From NCBI GenBank assembly GCA_973895155.1, contig OZ316897.1:11307832-11371831 (forward strand): a DNA stretch of 64,000 nucleotides. Reading direction: 5' to 3'. The stretch is from Marsupella aquatica (lineage: Eukaryota; Plantae; Marchantiophyta). How positions within the stretch are numbered: position 1 is the first letter of the stretch; every line of letters begins with the position of its first letter. The position numbers and the translations under genes are program-made. Positions 25,568-39,816 of the stretch are shown one piece after another. The notes under the pieces were generated by a model. It searched no databases and was not told the origin of the DNA. It saw only the letters and a program-made list of their open reading frames with translations.

Positions 25568-26282
25568 TAATAATATAACACTGGAACAGTCGAGAGAGAG
25601 ACGGACGGACGGACGCACGGACAGACATCGAAATAGACGGACGGACGGACGGACGGCAGGAGCCGATTACAGTGAACTATCTCTAAGCGCACTCTCTCTA
25701 AACGCACATTACGGGACGGATATGGCGTGCACTAAACGAGGTGTTGCATGCCTTGCACACCCCCTAATAATAACAACACACTAGGGCATGTCCAAGCATA
25801 GTTATCCCTGAGTTACGATTCGGGACATAAACCGCTCTTATGGTCTTGACAGAATAGTCATGGGTTAAAAAAATACACCAAAATATATACCCCATAAAAG
25901 TTGTACATCCAAAAAATGAAGTTGTAACCAAAGTGTTACGGGAGAACTTTGACACGCCTTACTGGAACAGCTGAGAGAGACGGACGGACGGACGGACTGA
26001 GGTGTTGCAGCCAACTACAGACTATAGAGACCTCTCTCTAAGCGCACACTCTTGGGAAGATAGATGTGGCGTAAACAATGTGTTACATTCCTTTATAAGC
26101 AAACACCCCCTAATAACAATAACACAGTGGAATGGTCAACAGAGATGGACGGACAAATGGACAGAAGGATGGACGGACACCGATGTTGGAGCCGACTACA
26201 ATGAACTCTTGCTAAGCACTCTTGGGAAGACTGACGTGGCCTAAATGAGGTGTTGCATTCCTTTATAAGTGCGCACCCCCTA
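25568..26282. repeat. Three degenerate ~170-210 bp repeats containing (ggac)n runs, upstream of the RLK
   Basis: actggaacag..gagagagacggacggac...gagccga.tac...ctaagc.cactct...aggtgttgcat...cacccccta at ~25570, ~25960, ~26110. Confidence 0.75.
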
Positions 26283-27129
26283 AAAAGTTTATTTATCAAT
26301 AAGTGTGCATCATTTACATCCCTTAGATATGTACTTATCCAGGGTTTACAACGAATTTGATATCAGGTTGTGTTGGTCATGGCAGAGTGAGTGAACACCA
26401 CCAAGTGAATGAAAAACAGTAAGACTTCACTTGCACATTGTAAATGCTATATTGTACCCAGATCACACAAAGAATCGTTGAAAGTAAGGGGCGTTGAGCA
26501 GTCTTGTGACTCATAATAGGATTGGTACATCCCTGCCCTAAATTCAGTGCCAAACTCTCTACGTGCATTTTTTAACTATATGAAGAATGGGCATGCATTT
26601 ATCAGTGAATGCAATTTCATGGGATTGTGCTTTTACCAATAACTGCAAACCGACACTTATCAGGGGTACATGCTTATAAAGTTGTCATTTTAGCAAATAG
26701 ATTTCAGGCCTGTGTCTTCTTAGACGGACCTCTTAGAACAGATTGCACAAAAACTGCACTCCTTTAAAATAAACAGCTTAATTATATTGTCACTAAACAT
26801 GTTCAAATTTATAATACTGTCATTATTTTCATTGCATTTATAAATATGCCACAGTTTCACTATATTCTCACCTTAGTTACTTTGTTGCATTTTTATTCTT
26901 TGTATAAAACTATGAAATATTTATAAATACAAAAAATTATTAAAGTATTATCAATTTGGACATTTTTAGTGGCAAAATAATTCAAGGCAAAATAATTCAA
27001 AGTTGTTTAAATAAAAGGGAAGAACATGATCCATGTGCTCAACCAATTATTGGGTTTATGGAGTGTGCATTTAGACAGAGCCAACTGTGCAACTATTGCT
27101 ACTGTACCCACGGTACTGAGCAACTTCAG

Positions 27130-28290
27130 AGTACAGTAGAGTTTAGGGTAGAGGAGAGTAGTGGTAACAGGAGGAGGGGCAGGTTGCCCAGCACAGGTCT
27201 CCGGGGGTGATGTTTTTAATTAATGTTAGTTCTGTTTGGCAAAGGACAAGATGCTACGAAAATTCCTTATCTAGTTTTCACAAATTTAGTTTAGACCGTT
27301 AGATCTTCCGATATCTAAGTATGTCAGACTCTGGCTGTGGGGTGGGAAAGAGGCTAAACAAGGACAAAATCGTACAGGAGTGAATTCTTGCCAAAAGTAG
27401 GGAACTTCTTAGTGAGGTGAAATTTTGGCTCATTTTTGCCATGATGAAAAAAGAGTTTGAGAGAAGAGGAGAAGGGGCTCCGATTGGGGCGGCACTCATG
27501 GTCCAAGGTATTTTATTACTGTTTCTTAAGACTATTTATTTTGGGGGCAGGGGTGAAGGAGAAGATGCTGAGGGTATTCCTTATCTAATTTTAACAATAT
27601 TAAATGTTCACCCCCTAGATCGAGGTTAGGTTCTGGCTAATCCAGGACAAAAATGTGGTGAATGTTTGCCAAGAGTGGGGAAGACTACAGTGAGGTGGAA
27701 TAATTTGGCTAATTTGTGCCATATAAAAGGAGTCTTAGAGTAGTCTTGGCCAGCACGGTCCGGCACATATGGTCTAGAGTAATTTTAAGGTTTTTTTTGT
27801 TTTTGCCACGGGTGAAGGAGAAGATGGTCCAATATAATTTTGCATCTTTACCTTTGGCAAAACTAGGAGAATATGCTTGAGAATTCCTTATCTAAGTTTT
27901 TCATTAATGTTTTACTTTTAGATCTTCTTATATTTGAGGATAACAGGCAGATTCTGGCTAATGGAAGACAAAACAGTGGACAACTTTTGCCGAGAGTGGG
28001 AAGACTTTTTAGTGAGATGTAATTTTTAGCTAATTTCTGTCATGATGGAAAAAAGAGGCTGAGAGTCTAGAGGAGGAGGAGGGCCCTGTTGGCCACCACA
28101 GGTCCCGCACTTGTGGCCCAGGGTAATGTTTAATGTTTTTTTAATCTTTCACTAAGAGGCTTCCTAATCTAATATTTATAGATTAATTTTTGACGGTCCT
28201 ATCTCCCTATAACCATCAGATTTAATGGGATTTTGTGGCTAGGTGGGACCTGGCTAATCCAAGACAAACAAGCTGGTGAATTTTTCCATA
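27130..28290. repeat. Degenerate ~300-bp tandem repeat, ~4 units
   Basis: ggctaa...gacaaaa...tgaa..ttgcc.agagt.gg.a..ct...agtgag.tg at ~27352, ~27635, ~27956 and partially ~28252. Confidence 0.7.
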
Positions 28291-30535
28291 AGGTTAAGTT
28301 TGCTCCAACAACTAAAAACCAAAATGGTATTCAAAAAGTTTTTAGGAGAAATATGTCTAGATAAACTAAATAACTTAGTAAAGTAGTTTACTTTAAGATA
28401 ACTAAACCATAAAAAAAGATAAAATAATTTATCTTGTAGTGTTTTGTGCTCGAAACGATTATGATGGTTAGATGATTTGTTTTCTGGAACATTGTAAAGC
28501 AAGAATAATTTATTTTTGGGTTACTTGGTATTTGTGCCCTCTCCTCATTGCTCATAGCCTTACAAAGTGTTGACCTCCCTTAAAAGCCCTCCCACCATAT
28601 CAATTTTCTAATGGACAAAAATGGCTCTTGCTTCTAAAAGAATGTGAATCATTTTTCAAAAACGTGGTGGGCCTGTCATGTCCTTTGTTTTTCCCTGATT
28701 ATAAATTCTGATACGCCTTTTTCATGTATTTCTCACATCATGACTTTATTCAATGACCTGTAAAACACTACAAACCATGAAAACATTAAGAGGGGACAAA
28801 AATAATCTCAAAATCCAATATACAGTCGATTCTAATTAAAGCCAAATTGAAAGAAATATACTCAACACAAATCTATATAAGACAAAGTAACTTGAATAAT
28901 CCCGTGAAGAAGGTAAGACCAGAAATATAATACTTTCCGATGAAATGAAATTTGGCAAATTTTCACCACTGAAAACAAAGCTAAAAGCATAGTCTAGGAG
29001 GACAAGGAGGGGCCAGTTGGCCGGAGTAGGTCCCACACTCTTGGTTCCCTGTGTTCCATGATCATGATGAGTATTGTATAGGGTTAGCTGTTCTTTGGAA
29101 CCGGGAGAAAGTATCCACTATCCAAGTGATACTTCCTGAAAATTGCATTTATTACAAGTCCTTGTGTGGCACTCTTAGGGGCCATCCCAAGAAAGTTGGA
29201 GGCCCATATTTTTCTTCAATGTCTGAGATGCAATCTCAGCCATTCAAATGTGGGAATAGGCAAAACTTCACAACCTGGCAAGATCATTACCAATCCTAAT
29301 CACCTACTAGTGGGTCCCTTGCAGGCCCCTTTATTTTTTCTCATGTGGCCAAGCTTTTTGTCAAAAACCTACACTAGACCACGTCTAAAGCATGGTCCAT
29401 TTATTTCCTCAAGACCTGACACATTTTGGCTTTGGCACTTTAACTCTGGTGTATGTAATGGACCTCACCTTTGCAGTGGATGAATAGTGAAGATTTGTGC
29501 TCCCAAGTTCTTGTGAAGGCCCCATAAGGTGTTGCAGGTTTCCATTTAATTCAGTGATAAGTTTGACTTCCCGAATTTTCTTAGTGTCAAGTCTTTGTGT
29601 TCTCTCTAGTGAACCCCACTTTGGGATGGTGGTTTCTGCAAAAGGTGGTCAACTTACAAAGCTTGAAGTTGGAACCTTGGGGGCCTCATTCCAAGGAGGG
29701 ACCCCTTATCACATGCAAAATTTTGGGAGAATAAACACCCTAAAATGCAAGAAAATATTAAATTTTAAGGGATTTTTCATCCCTAAATTCTTGGAATATA
29801 TTCTCGGATTTTGTTTAAAAAATCCTATGATTCTAATAATTTTCAAAACTGGATTAAAAACACCCCTAATGTTCTTCCACAAAAAATTTTAAAGTCTTTC
29901 ATTAAACTCAATAAATAAACCCTATACTTATTTACACGTGATGGGTCAGGAAACGAGGACCCCAGGCACAGTTGGAACCTCACTTGCCACAATGTAGACT
30001 GCTATAATTGGACTAAGCTTGCTTGTGGCTAATGTAGAGCGAATTCCGGACTTGAATGCATTCAAAAGACATATTCCCGCATGTCTTCACCTTCTATGTG
30101 CAATGGGCAGCACACAATAACAGGCAGTATTGTTCTCCAAGGCCCAGTGGGCAACAACAACTGGATTTTCCAGGAACAATCATCTTAAATGGAGGTTGAG
30201 GGGCTGGTTGGCCAGCACAGGGTTGACACACATGGTCCCCTAGGACCATATGGATTATTGTGTAGAAGTCAACATCCATTTGAAATTGGGAGATACTGCT
30301 ATAGAGATGCTTGAAGGTATCAAGTGCAACTCTCCTGTATTCACTGAAGTGTTGAACCTTAGTACACATGCAGACCCCTGCCTGGAAGCCTCCTCCCTAC
30401 CTTGGATTGGAATCCAAACAATACACACACTCTTTGTGGAGCTAACAGGTTCTCAGATAGCTTCCCTTTCATGGCAGTGCTGAATCTACAAGAGGGAGGA
30501 AGATTTTCAGTAGTTCACATTAAATCATTAACCTA

Positions 30536-30912
30536 CACTGTTCACCATAAGTAGTGTGACTAACACTGAATAATTTGAGAGTGCCAATTTTCACGGTCTA
30601 CTCACAAAATTAGTATGGCTCATACTAATTTTGTGCTAACACTATTCCGCTCACATAAATTAGTGTTATTGTGGTTTCAAGAGTGGAAAATTAGAGGGAA
30701 AAAGTATTTTGAAAAAATCACAAGAATTGCTGTTACTTTGGACTCAAGATGGTTCATTTCTTACTACCAATTTAAACAAAAGTGGAGAAGACCTATTCTG
30801 AAAATTTGACAAAAATTAGTGTTACCGGACTCTAAATCACTTTTACCAAAACAAGTAACACTAATTTTTCACTAACGCTGATTCTTGGATAAGTGAATTA
30901 TGGTGAACAGTG
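30536..30912. mobile_element. MITE (~377 bp) with perfect TIR CACTGTTCACCATAA and TA flanks (Tc1/mariner-like non-autonomous element)
   Basis: acctacactgttcaccataa (30531-30550) is the exact reverse complement of ttatggtgaacagtgtaggt (30898-30917); TA on both sides; second copy at ~10936. Confidence 0.8.
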
Positions 30913-33579
30913 TAGGTAGCTATTTGTAAAAATGGCTTGAACCGGGCCTTCAACCTCACACCCAAGTTGCCTGCCATCATTTTTGCACAGTACAGCAGAT
31001 ACCTAGTACGGAATCAATCTTTTGGGCTTCATATGTGCATTTATCCTGACTCAATGGAATTGGCAAGGAGTCCCTACATACGAATGGTGTTAGACCTACT
31101 ACTAGGAGGTAATCCTAACACTTTAAATTGAAAGCTTAGGTTAGATCGTGCTAGCCCTAAGACTTTGAAGGCCAGACAAGGATGCTAAATATGCACTGAT
31201 CACACTTGGCTCCAATACCCAAAAGAAAATCCGGACTAGAGAAAACCCAATGAACAAAATGTATTTTTCATAAGCCCATATGGCTTGCCTTCTTGAAGTG
31301 TTCTCCCATGAACTATTAACAAATAGAGTGCAAAGTGTTCTCAACAAATGAGCAACCCAAATGAGCAATATACTGCCTAATGCATTCCCAAATTGCAGTC
31401 CAAATAGTTTTTCCTCTCCAATGTTTCCAAAGACTAGCCTGTCTGTCTCTTCCTTAAACATAAACAGAGGAGAGGACACTAAAACCTGTTGCCCATTAAC
31501 ATATTCACATTCAATTGATTTTCGGTGACTTTCTGCACCATTTCCCCTCTCCCCAATATGTCTCCATTTTCCATGAGCAGTCACAACTTTAGTTAAGCCC
31601 CAAAGTCACAGTCTAGAGGCTTCACTCTAGACCATTAGCCTTGAAATAGCTAGTAAGTTTGCGTCGCAATTGTTTGGTAAGTCAGATGTTTTGAAGCAAG
31701 TGAACATCACAGTCCTGAACAAGGTGACTGGTCGCATTGGGGGCTTTGAAAGATCCTTAGATACGACAGTTGCGGCTGACAGGAAGTTAAAAAGCTTTCC
31801 AGATTTGGAGACAACTAGTGAAAATGGCTTTCTAGTCATATGAGATGAAATTATGCCCCCCATGATGCCCAAGCCCACACCTAAGTTGACAATAAACTGA
31901 TAGAAACCCAATACATAGAGATCACTAAGCTGCCAGTTTTGGACATTCCTTACCAAAAACAAAATCCGGCTGGAGTCCAAGCACTCTAATCTTGGGTATC
32001 AATGTTAAGCCTAGGATAATGTTCCACAGGTGAGTCTTGTTTGCAGTAAAGCAGCCCACAGGCTATCTTACAGGAGAGGTCACACGGGGATGAAGCTTTT
32101 TTGACCAATTAGCAAGGTTGGGTGGGTTCTGGTTTGCAGGAGAGTGCTTGCATTGGCACCAAGTACTCTCCTTAAAACTCCATGAATTGCAGGAAATTTC
32201 TGCAGATACCTGTTGTGGGGCCGTTGTGGGGCAGGGCCAGGGTAGCCCTAAGCTTTCTTGCTGCATCCTTTCCAAATCTACTGATGGACATCTATAGTTA
32301 GTTGCTCTTAGCCAACAAAAAAAAGGGCCCCTTCCTGCAGCTTCAGGACTTGATGACACAAAAAATGTATTGTACTTTACCAGGCCCTTCCAGCAAGGTC
32401 CCCTTTTGCTACACAGGGGGCACCACTACTCAACCTGGGGTGCCATGAAAACCCAGAGAATGCTGGGTTTTGGTAAAACTGAATATTTTATTGGATAACC
32501 AAATGAGTTCTCTTTGAGCTAAAAATTATTGGATGTGATCTTTAAGGTTCAAGTTACCAAGTGTCAAAAGTTGGGACTCGGTGGACATCTCCAACACTCA
32601 ATACTCATATATCACAAATTCTGTTACACATTTACGTTTTCATTAGGTATCTAGAGCAGAGTCAGAAAAAGCAAAACTAATGTAGGTGACTTCTTCTAAT
32701 AAGTAACATATTCTAAGTAAAAGTATTGTGATTCTGCAAAACAAATGACTAAAGAAGAGTGCCCACGTGTAGATTGCAATTTGTGAAAAAATAAGTAGAA
32801 AGGGTTATTGAATGTTAGAAATGGTCCAAAAAGTCTCAGGTTTTGTCACTAGGTAGCTTGAACTTCACAGATTCCAGTTCAGACAAATTTCCATTATCCA
32901 ATAAAATATTTGGTTTTACCAAAAATAGCACACCGCTGTCTTTGTTGTGCCCCAAGTCAAGCAGTGGCACTCTGTGTAGCAGCAGTTGACCAATACTAAC
33001 TGTCATGGTTTTACTGTCTATTGAGAATTTCAATCGGTCAACCGTTGAAAGTACCTGGTCAACTACCAAATTCATGTTTCCATAAGGGCCATCTTGCATG
33101 TGGGTGGCTCTTGAGTTTCCAGCCCTCCACAAAACGAGTGGCATTCCAACATTTACCTAGATTTCTATGCCTCAACCTTGTCCATAGGCAAGCGCGACGG
33201 CACATGTGATGGATAACCAAGGGCAGGAGCCAGAATTCTCCAGCCCTTGAGGTCCCAAACCTTGGAAATCAAATAATATGTGATAAAATTCACACTTAGC
33301 AAATTGACAGATTCTATGCAAAATGAAAATACACTTTTTCCCGGTGATTGAGGACTGCTAAGCAAAATTTATAGCTAAGGGTCATAAAAGAAAGGGCTCT
33401 TGACATGCAGGAATGCTTGAGGATGCACGAGGGGCCGATAAGTCTTTCTTTGTGCTTTCCGCACTGGTCCCATCCAGACCTATGAGGGCCCCTCAAAGCT
33501 TAGTAGATAAAATGATGGCTTTTGGCCATAATAAAATGGCCATAACTTGTTCACAAGGTTATTATGTCAAATTTATAGT

Positions 33580-34670
33580 TCACTAGTGTGTAAAGCGACT
33601 TATGGTCATAGCACATTACCAATCTTTATGGCAAAAAGTTCTGAATAATGAATTTGGTAGTCCATAACTTGTTTGTCACTAACCTTAACTTCTAAATTAA
33701 TCTTAGTCAAAGTTTGAGGTTTAAGACCCCTACTATAAAGTGACTTGTGGTCATAGCATATAACCAATCTTTAAGGTAAAAAGTTATGAATCATGAATTT
33801 GGTAGTCCATAACTTGTTTGTCACTAACCTTAACTACTGAAAACCACACCTACTGCCCCACATACCCATATAAAAGCCTCATTCCCTCCCTCACTCTCCT
33901 CATTCTTGTCCTCTGGTGAAGAGTGTCTCACCATAGAAGATGGAGCACTTGCCAATAAAAGGTTTTGCACTCGCCACCTTTTAGGAAGCTCAAGCTCATT
34001 CCTGAAATTGTGCACTTTATAATGATAACTCTTTATAGGTGCACTTGTGTTTTAAGGTCAGGCAAAGTTTGAGGTTTGAGACCCCTACTATACACTAATT
34101 TGGTACTCCTTCAAAGTTTCGAGGGCACTTTATAAGGATAGCTCTTTATAGGTGCACTTGTGTTTTAAGGTCAAGGCAAAGTTTCAGGTGTGAGACCTCT
34201 ACTATACACTAATTTGGTAGTCCTTAAAAGTCTGAGGTTTGAGACCCCTGCTATACACAAATTTGGTAGTCCTTTAACTGTTTTGTCACTAAACTGAACT
34301 ACTAGGGCGTCTCAAATATGGAAAAAAAGCTTCATACACGGGCGGCCCGAGACACAGTCGGGTGCACCACGAGAGGGTTGATGCGGGCCAACATTTTTTT
34401 GAGTACTCAATTATGACACGAGTCGCGGGTGCAAATGCCAATGGCCTATTGTTCGTTAGCCTTTCGTTCTTTGTTCATTTTTGGTAATCCCGGTCGGTCG
34501 GAGCTTTCCCGGGCGAGACTGGTCGGGCACCACAATCGGTGCCCGACCAGTCCTGCCCGGAGGCCTGGGCACCGATACTCCCGGGCGCGGAAAATTACTC
34601 AAACGCCCTATATTTGAGACGCCCTACTAAATTAAGGTCCACCAAAGTTTGACGGTTGTGACCCCTACTA
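33580..34670. repeat. Local degenerate tandem repeat array (caaagtttgaggtttgagacccctactata, aatttggtagtcc, tgtcactaa units)
   Basis: About 5 copies of gacc.ctacta and several of aatttggtagtcc. Confidence 0.8.
34305..34624. mobile_element. MITE (320 bp) with TIR GGGCGTCTCAAATAT and 5-bp TSD TACTA
   Basis: Perfect 15-bp TIR (34305-34319 / 34610-34624); TACTA at 34300-34304 and 34625-34629; empty paralogous site at ~33676-33720. Confidence 0.85.
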
Positions 34671-34896
34671 TTCACATTAGCACAGCCTTGTACAGATGTT
34701 TGGATTCTTGGGAAGCTCACAGACGATACGCTCCATGGTGGGAAAAACTCTGAGAAATCTACAATTGCATACATACAGTAGACGATACGAGTTGACTGCA
34801 GTGCAAGCTGGAGTTGTCTGTTCCCGAAGAAATCGGTAAATCTCCACATTCAAATATCCAATTGGTTCCAATGGCCCACTCAATGTCTTGAGCGGC

Positions 34897-35105
34897 GAGA
34901 CCAGGGAACGAATTAGGAAGCTCAGTGTGCGAAGGTGAATCTCAAGCTCCAAATGGAAGACACGGAATTGTAACAAAGCTCAGGCAGGGAGACCAGGGAA
35001 CGAGCTAACAAACCGCCCTGAAGTCTGGGAATGGAAGCTCAGAGTGCGAAGGTGAATCTCAAGGTCCAGATGGATGACACGGAATTGTAACAAAGCTCAG
35101 GCAGG
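34897..35105. repeat. Direct duplication (~95-115 bp) immediately upstream of the TRM1 ATG
   Basis: ggaagctcag.gtgcgaaggtgaatctcaag.tcca.atgga.gacacggaattgtaacaaagctcaggcagg occurs twice. Confidence 0.85.
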
Positions 35106-35146
35106 CACTTGCAAATGGAGCTGCAAGAAGAGCAGCTGGACGGAAT

Positions 35147-38100
35147 ATGGAGGTGATGGCATCATCATCCTGGCATTGCAATTTTCGCATGATGAATCTA
35201 TACAGCCTGAAGCCCCACAATCTCTTAGGCTTGTCTCTCCGTCTCCCTCGAGCTGGTGGTACACTGGGCTCCCATTCCCTTTCCATGTCGATTTCGAATC
35301 TCAACACCATGGTGGCACCGCGGATGGTAGTGCAAGAGGAAAGGGGGCTCCCCTTCCAGGTGGGTTCAGCATTTTACCGAAGGCAGAGTGCTCTAGCTCG
35401 AGACCTGGGTGTCCTGCTGGCCGCCGTTCATGCTCAGCAGAATGGTGGTAGTCTGCGAGTGGTAGACGCCATGAGTGGGTGCGGTGTGCGAGCTGCAAGG
35501 TATCTTCATCAGGCCGGGGCTGATTTCGTGTGGGCAAATGATGCTTGTGAAGATTTGTCCGAGACATTGAGAAGCAACCTCAGTCAAGGGGGAAGAGGAG
35601 GAGGAGCAGAGGAGCGGTGGCGAATCACTCATGAAGATGCCAACAAGTTGCTACTGGGTTGCACCGTAAGAGAAGATTATTTTGACTTCATTGATGTGGA
35701 TTCGTTTGGGAGCGACTCGTTGTGCCTGGGACCTGCTCTGGGCGCTGTCAAGTTCGGTGGCCTCGTTTATGCCACTTGCACAGATGGCTTCTCTTCTGGT
35801 GGCCATCGCCCTCACAAGTATGACTATCAATTCATTCGTTGATATTGTCCATGTTAAACCCTAAACCCTGAACCTTGTCTCAATTAATGGGAGCTACGGC
35901 GTTCAACATCGATTGGATTCATTCTTTCCTAAAACCCTGAAGCCTACCTTTGTGGAAATCTATCGAGTTTTAACTTAACTTTGCCTCATTTGTGCGATCA
36001 GAAGAAAGAATAGAGCAAACGTTTCATTTTAGCCAGCATGTACTTCAGCTTGCCTTCGCTTGTTAGCCTTTTTTTTAAGAGTTTATTGAACATACTTGCA
36101 GACTTTTCGTGCGTTCTATACTGGGGATCTCTTGACTCAACTCAATTCACTTCAGCTCTCAAGCATGTTATGTATATGAGACGGCAGACTCTGGGATTTC
36201 TCTCATCCTAAAGCAGCTCTGAGCATTCCTTCTTAGCACTCCTATGATATGCTGTGCTACATTGTTAAGCCTTGTCTTTCTACTGGTTGGTTGTCATCCA
36301 CTTCCATGCCTCGGAATTTCACGCGTCCATGAATTGGGCTTCCAAAGCTGGGTTATCAAAGTAGAACATTCGTTCCCTTCTCCGTTTCGTGGATCTCTTA
36401 CGGTGAGGACGCCAGGAGAGGGTATTCCTAGGTTTTCTACTACCGTTTGTAACGTGCAGCATGTGGATGATGCGGAACACTTCCTTTTTGCAGGACTCCG
36501 GGTACTAGATTTCTCAATTCTCTGTTCCAGAATCAGTCCATCAAATGTATCTCACCTGAGTCAGAGCTCTGCAGTACAATCATTGATAAAATATCCAGAT
36601 CTGACAAATGTTTAATTGTGCTGGTGCTGTCTGTTGGGTGGGGCAGTGCTTTGGCATCTTACGGAGCTTTTGTCGGACCCATGCCGTTTGCAAACGAGAT
36701 TGGCCTTCGAATGCTGATTGGAGGTGCTGTCCGTGAGGCTGCGACGCGAAACATGAACGTCGTCCCTGTGTTTTCAAATTATTCTTACCATGGCCCCGTG
36801 TTCCGGACTATGCTTCGTGTTCAGCCAGGGAAACCGATGGTCAACAGGTGAGGACTCCGCTCGAGTTTGTCAACGCCCAATGAGAAGTGAGTATATAATT
36901 TCTATATTGCGGCTGTAACACACTATTCTATAGAAAGACATCACAATGAATGAGATCTTCGGGAGAAAGCTGAACATCTGAACTTTTCCTTCTCCACATT
37001 TATCTCTGGAAACAGGATGATGGCTCAGTGAATGAGATCTTGGGGAGAAAGTAGAGAGCGTCACCCAGCGCAATTCGAAACAAAATACATAAAATAGTTT
37101 CAACGGTAATAGTTTTCGAAGGCAAACTCCAAGAGGCTATGAGATTTGCCCTAAGCCAGCAATCTGGAATTTTCGTTCTCCAGTCGTTGAGATTTGAACA
37201 AAAGTAAGCTCAACGAAATCAGGAAATGGACTAACAGACCTGAGACTTTAGACGAACAGGCTTAGGCCAGTTTGAAGAAAGAAAGGTTAATCTAACAGAT
37301 CTATCCACTGGATGAAAGCCTGATAATGCTCAGTTTAAAGGAAACCTCCAGCGTTGATGTCTAACTCTTCTTCGAACTTGAGAGGGCATTCAAATATACT
37401 CTAGTAGACAGCAAACTGTTGCGAGCGTGATGCCGCTGGGACGCTTGGATGTGGAAAGAACGGGTATAGCCGTTTTATTGGGATGGAAGCACCAGTGAGC
37501 GCAATGTAGTCCGATTCCTCAGCATAATATGTCAATTGACTACTGTGGGTGGCACTTTCCGCTTTATGTTTCGATCTGACTCAAGCTATCGTTGTGTTGG
37601 GCAGAAACTACGGCTTCATTGTCTTTTGTAAAGTATGTGGAGAATCCAAGGACGTTCAGTGGGAGAGTTTGGGTGATTTGGCTTGCTCCTGCCCACATCC
37701 AAAGGTGATGATTATTCTTTCATGTTAAGTATCTTTATATGCAACTTCTTTGGCGATGGCTTTACTAAGATTCTGTGCTGCTGGATGGTGATGCTTCCTC
37801 TGAAAGTAAGTTTGACTGGAGCAGGAACCACGATCATTGGTTGTGTCAGGTCCTCTTTGGATTGGGCCTCTTCACAACGCAAGTGACGTCAAGAACATGG
37901 CCGAATTGGCAAAGGACTGGGGTTGGATCAGTCGAAGCGAATTGAGTAGACACTCAAGAAAGTCTGAATCGAGTGTAGATATGTATGTCTTGGAAGAGCT
38001 TCTCGAAATTATGCTTGACGAGAGTCAGCCTGGCTTGCCATCTGGCTTTATCGAGCTTAACAAGGTTAGGATCCGTCAATACCTTACATTGTTACGTTGT

Positions 38101-38667
38101 CAACTTATTAAATTGCGATGATGCTTTCGTGTCTCATATATTCCAACTGAAGCAATTTATATTAACACCCCTTGTTTGCTGAATGCTGCCGCAACAGATT
38201 TCCAAGAGGGGCAAGATGCAGACTCCCAAGAGAACAGACTTCATGAAAGTGCTACAACAGGTTCTCTTTGCCCATTATGGTACCGTGACTTTATGAAGAT
38301 GATGTTGTCAAGATACTTGTCTTCTCTGCACAAGCCTCTGGCATGGGCAAACTTTCAGTGCCCGTGTTCCGGTCAGCCAAGTTCGCTTGTGAGTTTGACT
38401 TACAATCAGAAAAGTGCTGATCTTTCGAGTATTTCCTCTACAGTTTCCAGATGAAGGATAGAGAATGAAATGACACCCTTCAAAGTGCTCCTGTCCATTA
38501 TTCACGTCTCATGTTTCTGACGGAGTGCAATGCTGACAATGTGTGTATATCGAAATCAGGAAGGGTACATCGCAAGCCGATCTCACATAACATCAAATGC
38601 AGTGAAAACCAATTGTTCAATGCAGGCCTGCGTTGAGCTTGCTCGCGAAATGTCAGAGGTCTCATAG
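35147..38667 (+). CDS. TRM1: tRNA (guanine26-N2)-dimethyltransferase, short plastid-type TRM1 (At3g56330/TRM1c-like), ~460 aa; exons 35147-35817, 36647-36847, 37605-37704, 37825-38064, 38198-38260, 38560-38667
   Basis: RDLGVL, VVDAMSGCGVRAARY (SAM-binding), FDFIDVDSFGS, TDGFSSGGHRP, NEIGLRMLIGG, CxxC...CxC zinc site, GPLWIGPLH, ASRSHITSNAVKTN; all junctions GT-AG and in phase; transit-peptide-like N-terminus. Confidence 0.93.
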
Positions 38668-39816
38668 TACTCTTGAATTAGTCCCAGGCGTACACTCGCT
38701 CTTGGTTTGCAGTTGGTAAGTGTCCGCGAAGTTTCGCATTTGAATCGGTCTCTAGTTTGCTCAGAATAAGTTCTCAGCCGTCAATGCACAAATGACTTCA
38801 TTATATATAATGTGGTACCTTTTGGATGATTCTGCATGTCTGCGAAGCTTTGGTTCTGAAATAGGTCACCAGTCGTTAGCATCCATCTGCAAATGATCAT
38901 CAATATCACTTCAATTGGTGTGTGTGGAGGTACTGGTTCCTAAGGTCCTTCGTTTTAAGCCAAAATTACTACATTCGCGTTTGCAGGTCTTCAAACTTTA
39001 TTGCCGGCAAGGGCTCAAACATATTCCCGAGGATTCTTGAAGACTCTCAAGAAAGGACGGTGGCAAGTTAAAATTTCATCTTTCATTTCCTAGGTAAAGT
39101 AGAGAGCAGGGGAGTGTTTTGGTGACTTGAACCACCGTGAAGCACAGATACTGTCATGGGGGTGCTGATTATGAGTATCATAACAAAACGGAACCTAGGA
39201 GGTGTCTCCCAAGCATTGACCACCTGAATGAGCTGAGTATGAGTCTTGGAAACAGTCAATATTACTCAACTAGCGAAGGGATATCGTTGTCACAGTGTAA
39301 AATTTTCTTAGCAAAATATTACAGGCGGTCAATCAGCCAAATATGAATCTCGAAAGTAGTTATGTGAGGACGTTTTGTTCTCATGTAAATGGGTTTTCTA
39401 GGCAAGTACATTACAAGTTGTGCTGCCAAACGGCACTGTTCGCCGTCACGACTAAGGTCATGTACAAATTAATTATGTTGATGCCCACAAACTCATCAAA
39501 AACTCTCAGACCCTGGGTGGCACCAGAAAACAACAATTGAAAATGGTGCAACAGCAGATCTAAAACAAGGCGGGCGAAGATCCTTTGAAAAACCCTTCTC
39601 CAGTATATACATGACATTTGGATCCGTGGCCACTTGGAATGTAGCACTCTTTTCAATAAGGGTATACCTACATGAACCTATCTTACTACAAAATTTAGGA
39701 GCTAGCAGCCAGACGTCCTGGGTGCATACCAAATACTGCAATATAAGAATTTTTGGAGGTGACAAGCAAATGAACTACGTTACAGGAGAGCAAGAGTCAA
39801 AATTGTGAGAAAAGCA

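Noticed and set aside
31141-33365. Several 60-147 aa ORFs
   Set aside because: No recognisable motifs and no consistent splice pattern; probably decayed TE or noncoding sequence
35856-35868. Telomere-like aaaccctaaaccct (also ~20254 and ~45311)
   Set aside because: Only two units; common telo-box motifs, not a telomere or interstitial array
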